A DNA stretch of 64,000 nucleotides from Thermoanaerobaculia bacterium (GCA_963666565.1 OY762911.1:3296001-3360000); one strand, 5' to 3'. Positions 1-8,581 are shown, numbered from the stretch's first letter. Translations and numbers: made by a program. Notes: a model not told the origin generated them from the sequence alone.

Positions 1-1042
1 GGGCGACTTCCTTCATGGGCTCGAGACGGCTGCGGATCGCCCACGAGTACCAGCCGTCGAAGATCTCTCGCGCCTCGACGCGGTCCCGCGTCTCCCACAT
101 CATCATCGCCACCTCCTTCAGGTGCCAGCAACGCGCCGTCTTCAAGGTCGCGTTCACCAAGGTCTTGAAGGAGGCCGCATGCCTCTCCGGCAACCGGTCG
201 GGGTGGTACAGCCACATGTGCCGGGTGCCGGCCAGCCGGTCGTCCCCCCGGTTCTGCAGCTCTCGGTGCTCCGCCACCCGCACCCGGTTCACGGCGTCGC
301 CCAGATGGGCCGCGACGTGGAACTTGTCGTACGCGAGCTTGGCGCCGCCGGCAGGCAGGCAGGACACCGTCGCCGAGATGTACGCCGGCCACATGTCCAT
401 CGCCACCGTCTCGATCCGGGAGCGCTCCGCCTCCGACAACGACTCGTAGTACGAGGACAGAGCGTCCTTGCCCCGACCGTCCGCCACGTGATGCACCCGC
501 GGCTCGCCCTCGATGTCAGCCACCACCGTCACGTACTCGTGGCGCTTCTGAAACGACGTCTCGTCCACGCCCAGAACCCTCGACGCCGGCGCCGGCCCGC
601 GCCGCTCGAGCCCGCGCTTCACCGCACGCTCCATCACGCCGGATACCTGGTCCCAACTCAGGTCCAGAAGCCGAGCCACCGCCGAGACGCTCGCCGCACC
701 CAGCCAGTCGATCACCAGCGCCTCGAACAACGCCGTGAACCGCGAGCCCGGGTCCGACCAGGGCACGCCGATCGTCAGCACTCCGTGCTCCGCGCAACGC
801 ACCCTAGGCACGTCCGCGGTCAGGATCGTCCGGTACTGGCACGTCGGCAGATGCCGCCAGCGCCGACGACGCGCGTCGTGCCGGCTCGCCGAGCCGCCGC
901 ACTTGGGACAACGGAACGACTCGCCCTGCCTGCGAGCCACCAACACCTCCACCTCGCCGGACTCAAGCCGCAGCTCGACGTCCGTCACCTCCCAGGGACT
1001 CTCGATGCCGAGAATCCGACCGTACAAGTCTGTGTTGCGCAT
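1..1042 (-). CDS. ISL3-family transposase (C-terminus outside window; absent from ORF track)
   Basis: Manual translation from ATG 1042 gives MRNTDLYGRILGIESPWEVTDV..., a zinc finger CPKCG...RRWRHL...VPRVRCAEHG, a later DRFH motif and WYSWAIRSRLEPMKEVA. Confidence 0.9.
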   Translation of the reverse strand, partial: MRNTDLYGRILGIESPWEVTDVELRLESGEVEVLVARRQGESFRCPKCGGSASRHDARRRRWRHLPTCQYRTILTADVPRVRCAEHGVLTIGVPWSDPGSRFTALFEALVIDWLGAASVSAVARLLDLSWDQVSGVMERAVKRGLERRGPAPASRVLGVDETSFQKRHEYVTVVADIEGEPRVHHVADGRGKDALSSYYESLSEAERSRIETVAMDMWPAYISATVSCLPAGGAKLAYDKFHVAAHLGDAVNRVRVAEHRELQNRGDDRLAGTRHMWLYHPDRLPERHAASFKTLVNATLKTARCWHLKEVAMMMWETRDRVEAREIFDGWYSWAIRSRLEPMKEVA

Positions 1043-1084
1043 CGCGCCACACTACGCGATCTCCACCATCAACCCGGAAGAGCC
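1..1084 (-). mobile_element. ISL3-family insertion sequence (partial, runs off left edge)
   Basis: The minus strand begins GGCTCTTCCGGGTTGATGG at 1084, a typical ISL3 GGCTCTTC terminus, followed by an ISL3 transposase ORF. Confidence 0.85.
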
Positions 1085-1090
1085 ACCAAA

Positions 1091-2179
1091 GTGAGCGAGA
1101 TGGGCAGGGGAACAGGGGCCGCTCGCCGGCCCTACACCGTAGGCGCGCTCTTCTGCGGCATGGGCGGCTTCGCTTCAGGTATGGACCGGGAGGGGTTCGA
1201 CCTGCGCTGGGCCAGCGACTCCGACGCGGCTGCTTGCGCCACGTTTCACCACCGCTTCCCTCACGTCCCCGTGCTCGAGAGGGATGTGGCGGATCTCTCC
1301 GTGGCAGCCGATCGCCTCGATCCTGTCGATGTCCTGACGGCGGGCTTTCCGTGCCAGAGCTTCTCGCAAGCGGGCGACCGTCGGGGCTTCGACGATCCGC
1401 GTGGCCGGACGTTCCTCGAGATCATCCGCCTTGTTGGTGAGTTCGCTGAGACTGAAAGGCCCCGACTACTCTTGTTGGAGAACGTCCCGCACCTTCTCCA
1501 CGGCGCCGGAGGCGCCTGGTTCGACAGGGTGCGGCGTGAGCTGAGGCGCGCCGGCTACTGGTTTCGGCAGTCCGCCTGCTGGGTGGCCAACGTGAAGGAC
1601 GAGACCGCCCTTCCTCAAGACCGCGAGCGCCTGTTCATGGTGGCCGCTTCCAGACACCACTTCAGTTTCAACCCGTTCAGGCCTCCGGCAGACCGTCCTG
1701 AGACCGCCCAGCCCAGATTGTCCGCGAAGCTGAATGGCAAGCACGGTCTGGACGAGTTCGTCGACCGGGGCCACCGCCGAGAACCCTCCGAGTACTTGTC
1801 CCCACACAACCGCTACTTCAAGATGATCGCCCGGAAGATGGAGACTGGCGACCACCGGAACATCTACCAACTCAGGCGCTCCTACGTGCGCGAGAAGAAA
1901 GACGGCCTCTGCCCCACGCTCACAGCCAACATGGGGATCGGCGGACACAACGTCCCCTTCATACGGGACGAATGGGGAATCCGCCGGCTCGGCGTGGATG
2001 AAGTCGCTCGCCTCCAGGGGTTCAGCGACCCCCACAGCCTGTTTCCGGCGGAGATCCCTGCCACGGAACGCTATCGTCTGCTCGGCAACGCGGTATGCGC
2101 TGACCTCGCCACGGTGGTCGCCGGGCGCTGCATCGATATCCTGGTTGAACACTCCATACGGCCCAGCGAGGGAGACTAG
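1091..2179 (+). CDS. DNA (cytosine-5)-methyltransferase
   Basis: Motifs LFCGMGG (I), GFPCQSFS (IV), LLENV (VI), PQDRER (VIII), RRL...ARLQGF (IX) and YRLLGNAV (X). Start is GTG 1091 or ATG 1100. Confidence 0.95.
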   Translation: MSEMGRGTGAARRPYTVGALFCGMGGFASGMDREGFDLRWASDSDAAACATFHHRFPHVPVLERDVADLSVAADRLDPVDVLTAGFPCQSFSQAGDRRGFDDPRGRTFLEIIRLVGEFAETERPRLLLLENVPHLLHGAGGAWFDRVRRELRRAGYWFRQSACWVANVKDETALPQDRERLFMVAASRHHFSFNPFRPPADRPETAQPRLSAKLNGKHGLDEFVDRGHRREPSEYLSPHNRYFKMIARKMETGDHRNIYQLRRSYVREKKDGLCPTLTANMGIGGHNVPFIRDEWGIRRLGVDEVARLQGFSDPHSLFPAEIPATERYRLLGNAVCADLATVVAGRCIDILVEHSIRPSEGD

Positions 2180-2180
2180 C

Positions 2181-4163
2181 GTGGCTGATGACATCGGTTG
2201 GCACTTTCCGCCCACCGGCGGCGGCCAAGAAGACGGCTACAATCACTCTGGGATGGCGCACTTTCGCGGCGCCCGGATCGGGAGCTTGGCTCGCGAGACC
2301 ATCCAGAACTCGCTCGACGCACATGACCAGGGGCCGAAGGCGGTCCATGTGGCTTTCGAGGTCCGTTCGCTCAGCGCGCAGGAGGACTCCTTCGGCCACG
2401 AGGGACTCCGACGGGCGATCGAGTCCTGCCGCGTCCGCGCCGAGGCGGACGAGGACGATGGTGCCGTCGGTGGGCTGACTCGCGCATTGGACCTTCTTGA
2501 AGCTGGCGACGTCGCCTATCTGCGGATCTCCGACCAGAACACGACCGGCCTCACGAACCGCCACTGGAAGGCCCTCGTCAAAGTACAAGGTCTCACCGTC
2601 AAGCAGCCTGGAAGCGATCCTCTCGGTTCGCACGGCATCGGGAAGTACGCCCCGTTTGCGGTTTCGTCGCTCCGTACAGTCTTCTACTGGACTGCCTTTC
2701 CCGAGGACGGCAAAGTTGTAGAGAAGCTGCAGGGAAAGTCCGTACTGATGACCCACGACGGGCCTGAGGGTCCGACCCAGGGAACGGGCTTCTACGGCTA
2801 CCGACACGGATGTCGAGAACTCGACCCGGACCGAATACCGCGCTGCTTCCGGGTCCTGGACAACACCGGGAAGCCACAATCAGGTACGAGCCTGTCCGTG
2901 TTGGGCTTCAGTGCTGATCCGGGCTGGCAGCGAGAGCTCGCAGGACGAGTGCTCGTCAGCTTCTTTCATGCCGTCAGCCACGGCAACCTTGAGACGACGA
3001 TCGAACCCGACGACGAGCTGCAGGAACGCGAGCTCTTGACGATCGACCGGTGCACGATCGGCGATTGGTTCGCCTACTTGGTCGATTCCGCTCGATCCGG
3101 CGACGCCGATCAAGAGCTGGAGGACTTGGCCGAAGCCCGGGCCTTCTGGACGCTGCCGGGCGAGCACGATCAGAAGTTCGAGAAACAGGATCAGGATCTG
3201 GGCCATTGCAAGCTCTACCTGCGCGTAGAGGAGGGCTTGCCAAGCAAGGTCGCACTTGTCCGTCGGTCGGGCATGTTGGTGACCTCGGACCAGAGGGGTC
3301 TGAAGCAGTTTCGCGGACTCGATGACTTCGCTGCCCTGTGCGTCTTCGAGGATCCCGAGGGCAACGAGCTCCTTCGGAAGATGGAGAACCCGCAGCACGA
3401 TCAGTTCGAGCCGGAGCGTCTACCCGACGAAGAGAAGGAGGTCGGCCGCAAGGCACTCAAGCGGGTCACGGACTGGATCAGAAGCAGCATCCGCGAGCAC
3501 GCCAAGCCGCCCGAGACCGCGGCAACGTCGGCCCTAAAGGAAGTGGCTGAACTCCTTCCCGATCCGTATGCGGAGGATGATCTGGGCGGGGGCGCGGCCG
3601 GCGACGGCATCGAGAAGTCCTTCGCGGACCGAATCGAGGAGCTGGCACTCAGGCCGATCAGACGCCGCCCCTCACGCGGCCTCTCCTCAGAAGCTACAGA
3701 AGTGGATGCCAACGCCGAAGGCGACGGCGATTTGGAAGGAGAGCAAGGCGGTCGGGGCGAGGGATCGAACCACGGTGGTGGCGGGGACGGACATGGTCGC
3801 GGAGAGGGCGAAGGCCGAGGTGGAACCGGCTCTCGGGGAGGCAGCGCGACCGCGAAGCTCGTGCCAGTGCATGGCGTTCGCATGCTGCCGCTGGAAGATC
3901 GTCACGAACTGGAGGTCAGCTTCACGAGTACGGAGTCCGGGCTCGTACAGCTCCAGGTCGAGGAAGCAGGAGACGCCTCGGCAATCCCCCACGCCAATCT
4001 GATCGCCTTCGACGAGCATGGCGACCGTATCGACCTGCAGTGCGTGGAGATTCGCGCTCGCCGTCGCTTCCGCCTTCGGATCCGATCCACTGAGCCCATC
4101 CATGACCGGGCATGGCGAGTGGCGCTCAGGCCAGCCGCCGGCGGGGAGTACTCAGGAGGATGA
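2181..4163 (+). CDS. GHKL (Hsp90/MutL/MORC-like) ATPase-domain protein with acidic Gly-rich linker
   Basis: GTG 2181 follows a GGGAG RBS. Bergerat-fold motifs RETIQNSLDA, ISDQNTTGL and GSHGIGK; acidic Gly-rich stretch before a small C-terminal domain. Confidence 0.75.
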   Translation: MADDIGWHFPPTGGGQEDGYNHSGMAHFRGARIGSLARETIQNSLDAHDQGPKAVHVAFEVRSLSAQEDSFGHEGLRRAIESCRVRAEADEDDGAVGGLTRALDLLEAGDVAYLRISDQNTTGLTNRHWKALVKVQGLTVKQPGSDPLGSHGIGKYAPFAVSSLRTVFYWTAFPEDGKVVEKLQGKSVLMTHDGPEGPTQGTGFYGYRHGCRELDPDRIPRCFRVLDNTGKPQSGTSLSVLGFSADPGWQRELAGRVLVSFFHAVSHGNLETTIEPDDELQERELLTIDRCTIGDWFAYLVDSARSGDADQELEDLAEARAFWTLPGEHDQKFEKQDQDLGHCKLYLRVEEGLPSKVALVRRSGMLVTSDQRGLKQFRGLDDFAALCVFEDPEGNELLRKMENPQHDQFEPERLPDEEKEVGRKALKRVTDWIRSSIREHAKPPETAATSALKEVAELLPDPYAEDDLGGGAAGDGIEKSFADRIEELALRPIRRRPSRGLSSEATEVDANAEGDGDLEGEQGGRGEGSNHGGGGDGHGRGEGEGRGGTGSRGGSATAKLVPVHGVRMLPLEDRHELEVSFTSTESGLVQLQVEEAGDASAIPHANLIAFDEHGDRIDLQCVEIRARRRFRLRIRSTEPIHDRAWRVALRPAAGGEYSGG

Positions 4164-5026
4164 AGTGGGATCCAGGCAAAGCGTTTCCGCATCCCGTTCT
4201 CCGACCCGACCGGCGGGACGAAGGCGACTACCCGACAGCCGAGTTTGAAGCCGACGTCGAAGCGGTCCGCGCCAAGGGAGCGATGGCTGTGGAGGTGTCC
4301 GTCGACTTTGAACTGTCCGACGCCGACCTCAGAAGCCTCGTTGGTCGAGGCGACGCAGAGTGCGTCCTTCTTGTCGAGGCACCTACAACTCGTTTCCGCC
4401 GTCTTCTCAGGGCGACCTGCTACCGCCTGCACGAGAGCTTCCGTGCGGGCGAGTTGAAGGGAAGAGTCGAATTCCGGCCGTTCCTGGTCTGCCTGCGGGA
4501 ACTGGTCGGCTTCAAGGCGGCAGGGTGGCACGCCGACTACGGCAAACGGTCTTTCGACCTCTATCCGGGGTCTGTGCTTGGCCAGGACGAGCCGCGTGCG
4601 TACTGGATCGACACGGAAGACGAGAAGCCGATCGGCTCGATCTTCAAGCACGTGGCGTCAAGCCGCCAAGCGGATGGAACTTGGGTTTGTGACTTGTCCG
4701 GGAACCAGGTCGCGGTTCAGATGTCCGAACGGGACCATGGCCGCTTTGAAGAGGCCGGTCGCCGGCGCCAGGACGACGCCGCATTCCTGATCAACAGCGT
4801 CTACCTCCCGGCCCTTGTCCACGTGCTCAGCGAGGCGGATCGGTCGGAGGACGAGTACTCCGGCTATCGCTGGTTCTCCACGCTCGACCAGAAGCTTGAA
4901 GAACTCGGTTGCCCCCCTCTTGGAAGGGTAGCCCCGGATCGCCTCGCCGATGCTCAGAAGCTGTTGGATTCACCCTTGGGGCGTCTCCCCCAGTTCGCGG
5001 ACCGCGACTCGGAACCGGCGGCATGA
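4160..5026 (+). CDS. conserved hypothetical protein (N-terminal FPHPVL...DY motif) in methyltransferase operon
   Basis: ATGA overlap with the upstream stop, AGGAGG RBS, globular composition. Confidence 0.8.
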   Translation: MKWDPGKAFPHPVLRPDRRDEGDYPTAEFEADVEAVRAKGAMAVEVSVDFELSDADLRSLVGRGDAECVLLVEAPTTRFRRLLRATCYRLHESFRAGELKGRVEFRPFLVCLRELVGFKAAGWHADYGKRSFDLYPGSVLGQDEPRAYWIDTEDEKPIGSIFKHVASSRQADGTWVCDLSGNQVAVQMSERDHGRFEEAGRRRQDDAAFLINSVYLPALVHVLSEADRSEDEYSGYRWFSTLDQKLEELGCPPLGRVAPDRLADAQKLLDSPLGRLPQFADRDSEPAA

Positions 5027-5653
5027 CTCTCCACTACTACAGGCAGGCGATCGTCGACGACTACTTCGACCGCGTTGAGCTGAACCTCGACTGGTACTAC
5101 GAGCCGAACGGGGAAGCGCCAGAACCCCAGGAGACATACACGACCAGATCGGCGCCCATTGAAGCGCGTGATCTGTCGAGCCTCCTGAAGCCACAGGACG
5201 CGAAACCGTCGGAGACGGACGCCGGCAACGCCCTACTCGTCTACGAGGCGCTGAACGCGCTCAGTCCGCATCAGGCGACCGACGAGAGACTCTGGGCCTA
5301 CCTCTGCCACAACAGCTGCTCGGCCTACGTCGCGTGGCGGTGGTTGGGACACCGTCCCGACGCCACTGAGGTGGCGGCCAAGAAAGTGCGCAGTCACTTC
5401 TTCGCCCGCCGGAACGGCTCCAGATCTCTCGTCCGGGACAATGGCGTCTCCAGGCTTTGGTGGCTCGGCTACATCGCGCACCAGATCGACCCGGAACACC
5501 CCCGCAGGTTTCTGGAGATTCTGCTCCACAGGCAGGACGTACGTTCCGCGCTGATCGAGAGGCCCGCGGTGTCGATGAACCTGGAAGTCCTCAAGGCCAT
5601 CTACGGCGTGATGCGGAACCTGTCAACGAGTTTGACACAGGGGCTTCTCGGAT

Positions 5654-6652
5654 TTACTGAGCCATCTCCGATGCTTCGGGGCTCGGCTTGTTGATCCAGA
5701 CGGCCTGAGGCAGGGGTTGGTGCATCGGCTCGCCGCCGACGAATCGTTCCGGGTGGCGTCTCCAGGCGGCGCTCAGCGCTCGCTGGCGCTGTTCGATCGC
5801 GGCTTGCGCCCGGCCGTAGTGGACGGTCTCCGGAGTCAGCATGGCGATGCCGGCATGCCGGTGCTCGGTGTTGTACCAGGGGAAGAAGGACCTGCAGTAG
5901 CCGGTCGCCGCGTCCTGGTCGGGGAAGCGGTCGGGAAAGCCGGGGTGGTACTTCAGGGTCTTGAACTGGGCTTCGGAGAAGGGGTTGTCGTCGCTGACGC
6001 GAGGTCGGCCCAGGGATCGGTTCACGCCGAGGCGGGCGAGCAGTTGGGCGGTACCCTGGCTGGTCATGGGCGCGCCCCGGTCGGAGTGCAGGGTGAGCAC
6101 CGAGGGTTTCACGCCGTGCTTGAGGCAGGTCTCCTCGATGAGCCTCTGGGCGAGCGCGGCATTCTCGCGGTCGGCAACCATCCAGCCGACCGCGTAGCGG
6201 CTGAAAAGGTCGAGCAGGACGTAGAGGTAGTAGTAGCTCCAGGGCCGCGGGCCGAGCAGCCTGGTGATGTCCCACGACCACACCTGGTTGGGCGCGGTGG
6301 CGACCAACTCCGGCTTGGCGTAGGGCGGGTGGACCCGCTGGTTGCGACGGTCCTTCACCTCCCCGTTCGCGCCCAGGATGCGGTACATGGTGCGTTCCGA
6401 GCACAGGTACCGGCCCTCGTCCAGCAGCGTCGCCACCACCTCCGCCGGCGAGCGATCCACGAACCGGGGAGACGCGAGCGTCGCCTGGACCCGCTCCCGC
6501 TCGATCTCGCTCAGCGCCCGGGCGGGCGCGGGTCGGGGCAGCTGGCGCCCGGGAGCGGGCCTCGCCCTACGGTAGAACGTCGATCGCGACACGCCCAGCG
6601 CCCGGCACGCCGGCGCGACGCCGACCTTGCTTGCCAGGGACCGGGCCGCCAT
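5654..6652 (-). CDS. IS3-family transposase OrfB (DDE integrase core)
   Basis: WSWDIT, LHSDRG and DNPFSEAQFKTLKY DDE motifs; ATG overlaps the orfA stop (TGATG). Confidence 0.92.
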   Translation of the reverse strand: MAARSLASKVGVAPACRALGVSRSTFYRRARPAPGRQLPRPAPARALSEIERERVQATLASPRFVDRSPAEVVATLLDEGRYLCSERTMYRILGANGEVKDRRNQRVHPPYAKPELVATAPNQVWSWDITRLLGPRPWSYYYLYVLLDLFSRYAVGWMVADRENAALAQRLIEETCLKHGVKPSVLTLHSDRGAPMTSQGTAQLLARLGVNRSLGRPRVSDDNPFSEAQFKTLKYHPGFPDRFPDQDAATGYCRSFFPWYNTEHRHAGIAMLTPETVHYGRAQAAIEQRQRALSAAWRRHPERFVGGEPMHQPLPQAVWINKPSPEASEMAQ

Positions 6653-7137
6653 CAGCAGTCCTTCCCGTCTTCGAGGCTGAATCCCAGCAGCCCTGCAACT
6701 TTTCCCTGCACGTCCAGGATCGTGTGGGCGGCGGCGAGCTCCCTCTCCAGCCGCTTCACCTTGGCCTCCAGCCGCTTCACCTTCGGCGCCAGAGGGTTGG
6801 CCTCGGTCGGCTTGCGGCCCCGCTTCTTCCGCCGCAGACCGGAAAGCGCGCCCTCGCGCCGCGCCTTGCGCCAGTTGGCCAAGTGCGAGCTGTACAGACC
6901 CTCTCGCCGAAGCAGCCGGCCCACTTCGCCGCGATCCGTGCATCGGTCCGCCTCCTCCAGAATCCGCAGACGGTACTCCGCCGTGAACTGCCGTCTGGTC
7001 GGCTTCGCCACGACCTCCGGGTCGGGAACACCCCCCGCGGGCGACGCGCCGGCCCCGGGGGCCTCGTCGCTCCGCTCCTCACCCCCCGGGGCCGGGAGCT
7101 CCGGGCCACCCCAACGTCTCTGCTCTCGTCTCGCCAT
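6652..7137 (-). CDS. IS3-family OrfA (HTH DNA-binding)
   Basis: RRQFTAEYRLRILEEAD...LLRREGLYSSHLANWR HTH plus a coiled coil; AGGAGG RBS before ATG 7137. Confidence 0.9.
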   Translation of the reverse strand: MARREQRRWGGPELPAPGGEERSDEAPGAGASPAGGVPDPEVVAKPTRRQFTAEYRLRILEEADRCTDRGEVGRLLRREGLYSSHLANWRKARREGALSGLRRKKRGRKPTEANPLAPKVKRLEAKVKRLERELAAAHTILDVQGKVAGLLGFSLEDGKDC

Positions 7138-7388
7138 CGATCCTCCTTGCCAACGTGTGCCCTCCACTATTCAACGGGATGCCCGCTGTGTCACGTACGT
7201 TGGCAGAGAGGGATGCAGGAGCACTGGCAACAGGAGACGAGAGGCCTGTTCGCGCGCGAGACCTTTCGCACCTGGATGGTCAACATCAACCGGCGCGGAG
7301 GCGTCGTTCTCCTCGACGCTCTTCCGGAACCTGCCTTGACGGCGCTTCTGCGCGACGAGGCCGCGCGGGCCTTGGAGGCGACTGCCGG

Positions 7389-7805
7389 TTGACCGACAAT
7401 CTGAGCCCGGCGGATCGTTCCAGGTGCATGGCGAGCATCCGCTCGCAGGGCATGAAGCCCGAGCGTGCGGTCCGCTCCATGGCGCATCGCCTCGGCTATC
7501 GCTTCCGCTTGCACCGCCGAGACCTGCCCGGCACACCCGACCTCGTCTTCCCGCGACACCGGGCGGTGGTGTTCGTCAACGGCTGTTTCTGGCACTGGCA
7601 CGCCGATCCCATGTGCCCGATTGCTGCGCTCCCGAAGTCCAACCTAGGGTACTGGAAGCCGAAGTTGACCCGTACGCGTTCTCGCGACAGTGAGAACGTG
7701 GCCAAGCTGGTCTGTCTCGGTTGGAGGGTCCTCACGATCTGGGAGTGTGAGCTGCGGGACCCGGAGACCGCGCTCGTGCGGCTTGACCGATTCCTCTCGA
7801 CCTGA
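7389..7805 (+). CDS. vsr: very short patch repair endonuclease
   Basis: TTG start overlaps the DUF6339-like stop. Motifs RSRCMASIRSQGMKPE, LPGTPDLVF, FVNGCFWHWH and GWRVLTIWECE. Confidence 0.93.
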   Translation: MTDNLSPADRSRCMASIRSQGMKPERAVRSMAHRLGYRFRLHRRDLPGTPDLVFPRHRAVVFVNGCFWHWHADPMCPIAALPKSNLGYWKPKLTRTRSRDSENVAKLVCLGWRVLTIWECELRDPETALVRLDRFLST

Positions 7806-7866
7806 GCCAGCGAATCGCCTGGAAGGGCCGGCGGCCGGTCTGCACGGACCGAGTGACCAAGGCCTT

Positions 7867-7992
7867 GCATGGAACTGGCCGCCAGAGCAGAGCTGGCCTG
7901 ACGGCCGGCGCGCGTTCCGGCCGCCTGCGGGGACGCCGGCGCACCCAGTATGCGGCCAGTTCCTTGCGCGACAGCGCAGCCTGACGGCTGCG
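7867..7992. repeat. nested inverted repeats in convergent intergenic region
   Basis: GCATGGAACTGGCCGC (7867-7882) pairs with GCGGCCAGTTCCTTGC (7952-7967) at 15/16 positions; two hairpins with TGAC loops at 7892-7909 and 7975-7992. Confidence 0.6.
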
Positions 7993-8093
7993 AGTACTCC
8001 TATGCGCCGGCGATCCGAGACGTCTGCCGTCGCGATAGCGGCTTCTTCGAGGCCATGCCGGCGTCTCTGCGGCTGCGGGCCGCAGTGAGCGGG

Positions 8094-8303
8094 TCAGGAC
8101 CGTTCGAACTCCTCCCGGCTGATCCCGAGGTCTCGGAGGATCGCCCGCACAGTACCCGGCCGGAGGTCGCGGCTTCCCCAGTTCGGGATTGTCGTGCGAA
8201 GTCGCGTCGACGGTCGGATCCAGATCTCGTGGCTCCCACGTCCCCTGCGGTCGAACTCGCAGTCGAGACGCCGGAGCTTGCGCGTGAGTTCACGGTACCT
8301 CAA
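8094..8303 (-). CDS. hicA: HicA-family mRNA interferase toxin
   Basis: 69 aa, RGRGSHEIW motif, GTVRAILRDLG. Confidence 0.88.
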   Translation of the reverse strand: MRYRELTRKLRRLDCEFDRRGRGSHEIWIRPSTRLRTTIPNWGSRDLRPGTVRAILRDLGISREEFERS

Positions 8304-8563
8304 ACAGCGACCATTACCTCGCTGAATCCGCGGCGCTCGCCAAGTTCCACGGCGGCGGCAGCGACCTCGGGAGGAAGCGGATCGCCATGAGCGCGGTGAG
8401 ACTCGATGAACGCCGTCGTGACACTCTGCAGGTTCTCCAGCGCAAGGGCGGCGGTTTCACCCCAGGCCCGGCAGCCGGGCAGCACGGGTACCTCAGCAAG
8501 GTACATTCCCTCCGTGTCTTCCGACGGTTCCTTGAGGACGAATTCGAGCCTGTACAGCTTCAT
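8300..8563 (-). CDS. hicB: HicB-family antitoxin
   Basis: YLAEVPVLPGCRAWGET motif; overlaps hicA. Confidence 0.88.
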   Translation of the reverse strand: MKLYRLEFVLKEPSEDTEGMYLAEVPVLPGCRAWGETAALALENLQSVTTAFIESHRAHGDPLPPEVAAAAVELGERRGFSEVMVAV

Positions 8564-8581
8564 GGCGACAGTCGTGAACCG

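Larger units (their letters stand above)
5614..7212 (-). mobile_element. IS3-family insertion sequence (~1.6 kb) with subterminal inverted repeats
   Basis: Imperfect IRs TGTCAACGAGTTTGACACAG (from 5621) and CTGTGTCACGTACGTTGGCA (ending 7205). Direct repeat ATG (extendable to GATGC) at 5611-5613 and 7213-7215. Contains orfA and orfB. Confidence 0.88.
5023..7392 (+). pseudogene. DUF6339-like protein interrupted by IS3-family element (5023-5613 + 7216-7392)
   Basis: ATGA-coupled start. Motifs QATDERLWAYLCH and NGVSRLWW before the IS, INRRGGVVLLDAL after it. Removing the IS restores one 255-aa frame (...IYGVMQEHW...). Confidence 0.8.

Noticed and set aside
122-2179. 685-aa ORF suggesting a methyltransferase with a long novel N-terminal domain
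   Set aside because: The first ~320 codons are the antisense shadow of the ISL3 transposase; MTase motifs begin only after the IS end at 1084.
4909-5694. Apparently complete 261-aa ORF
   Set aside because: Its last residues (RNLSTSLTQG...) are read from the IS end; the true C-terminus lies at 7216-7392.
5717-7339. 540-aa plus-strand ORF inside the IS
   Set aside because: Antisense shadow of orfA/orfB with no motifs; open only because of high GC.
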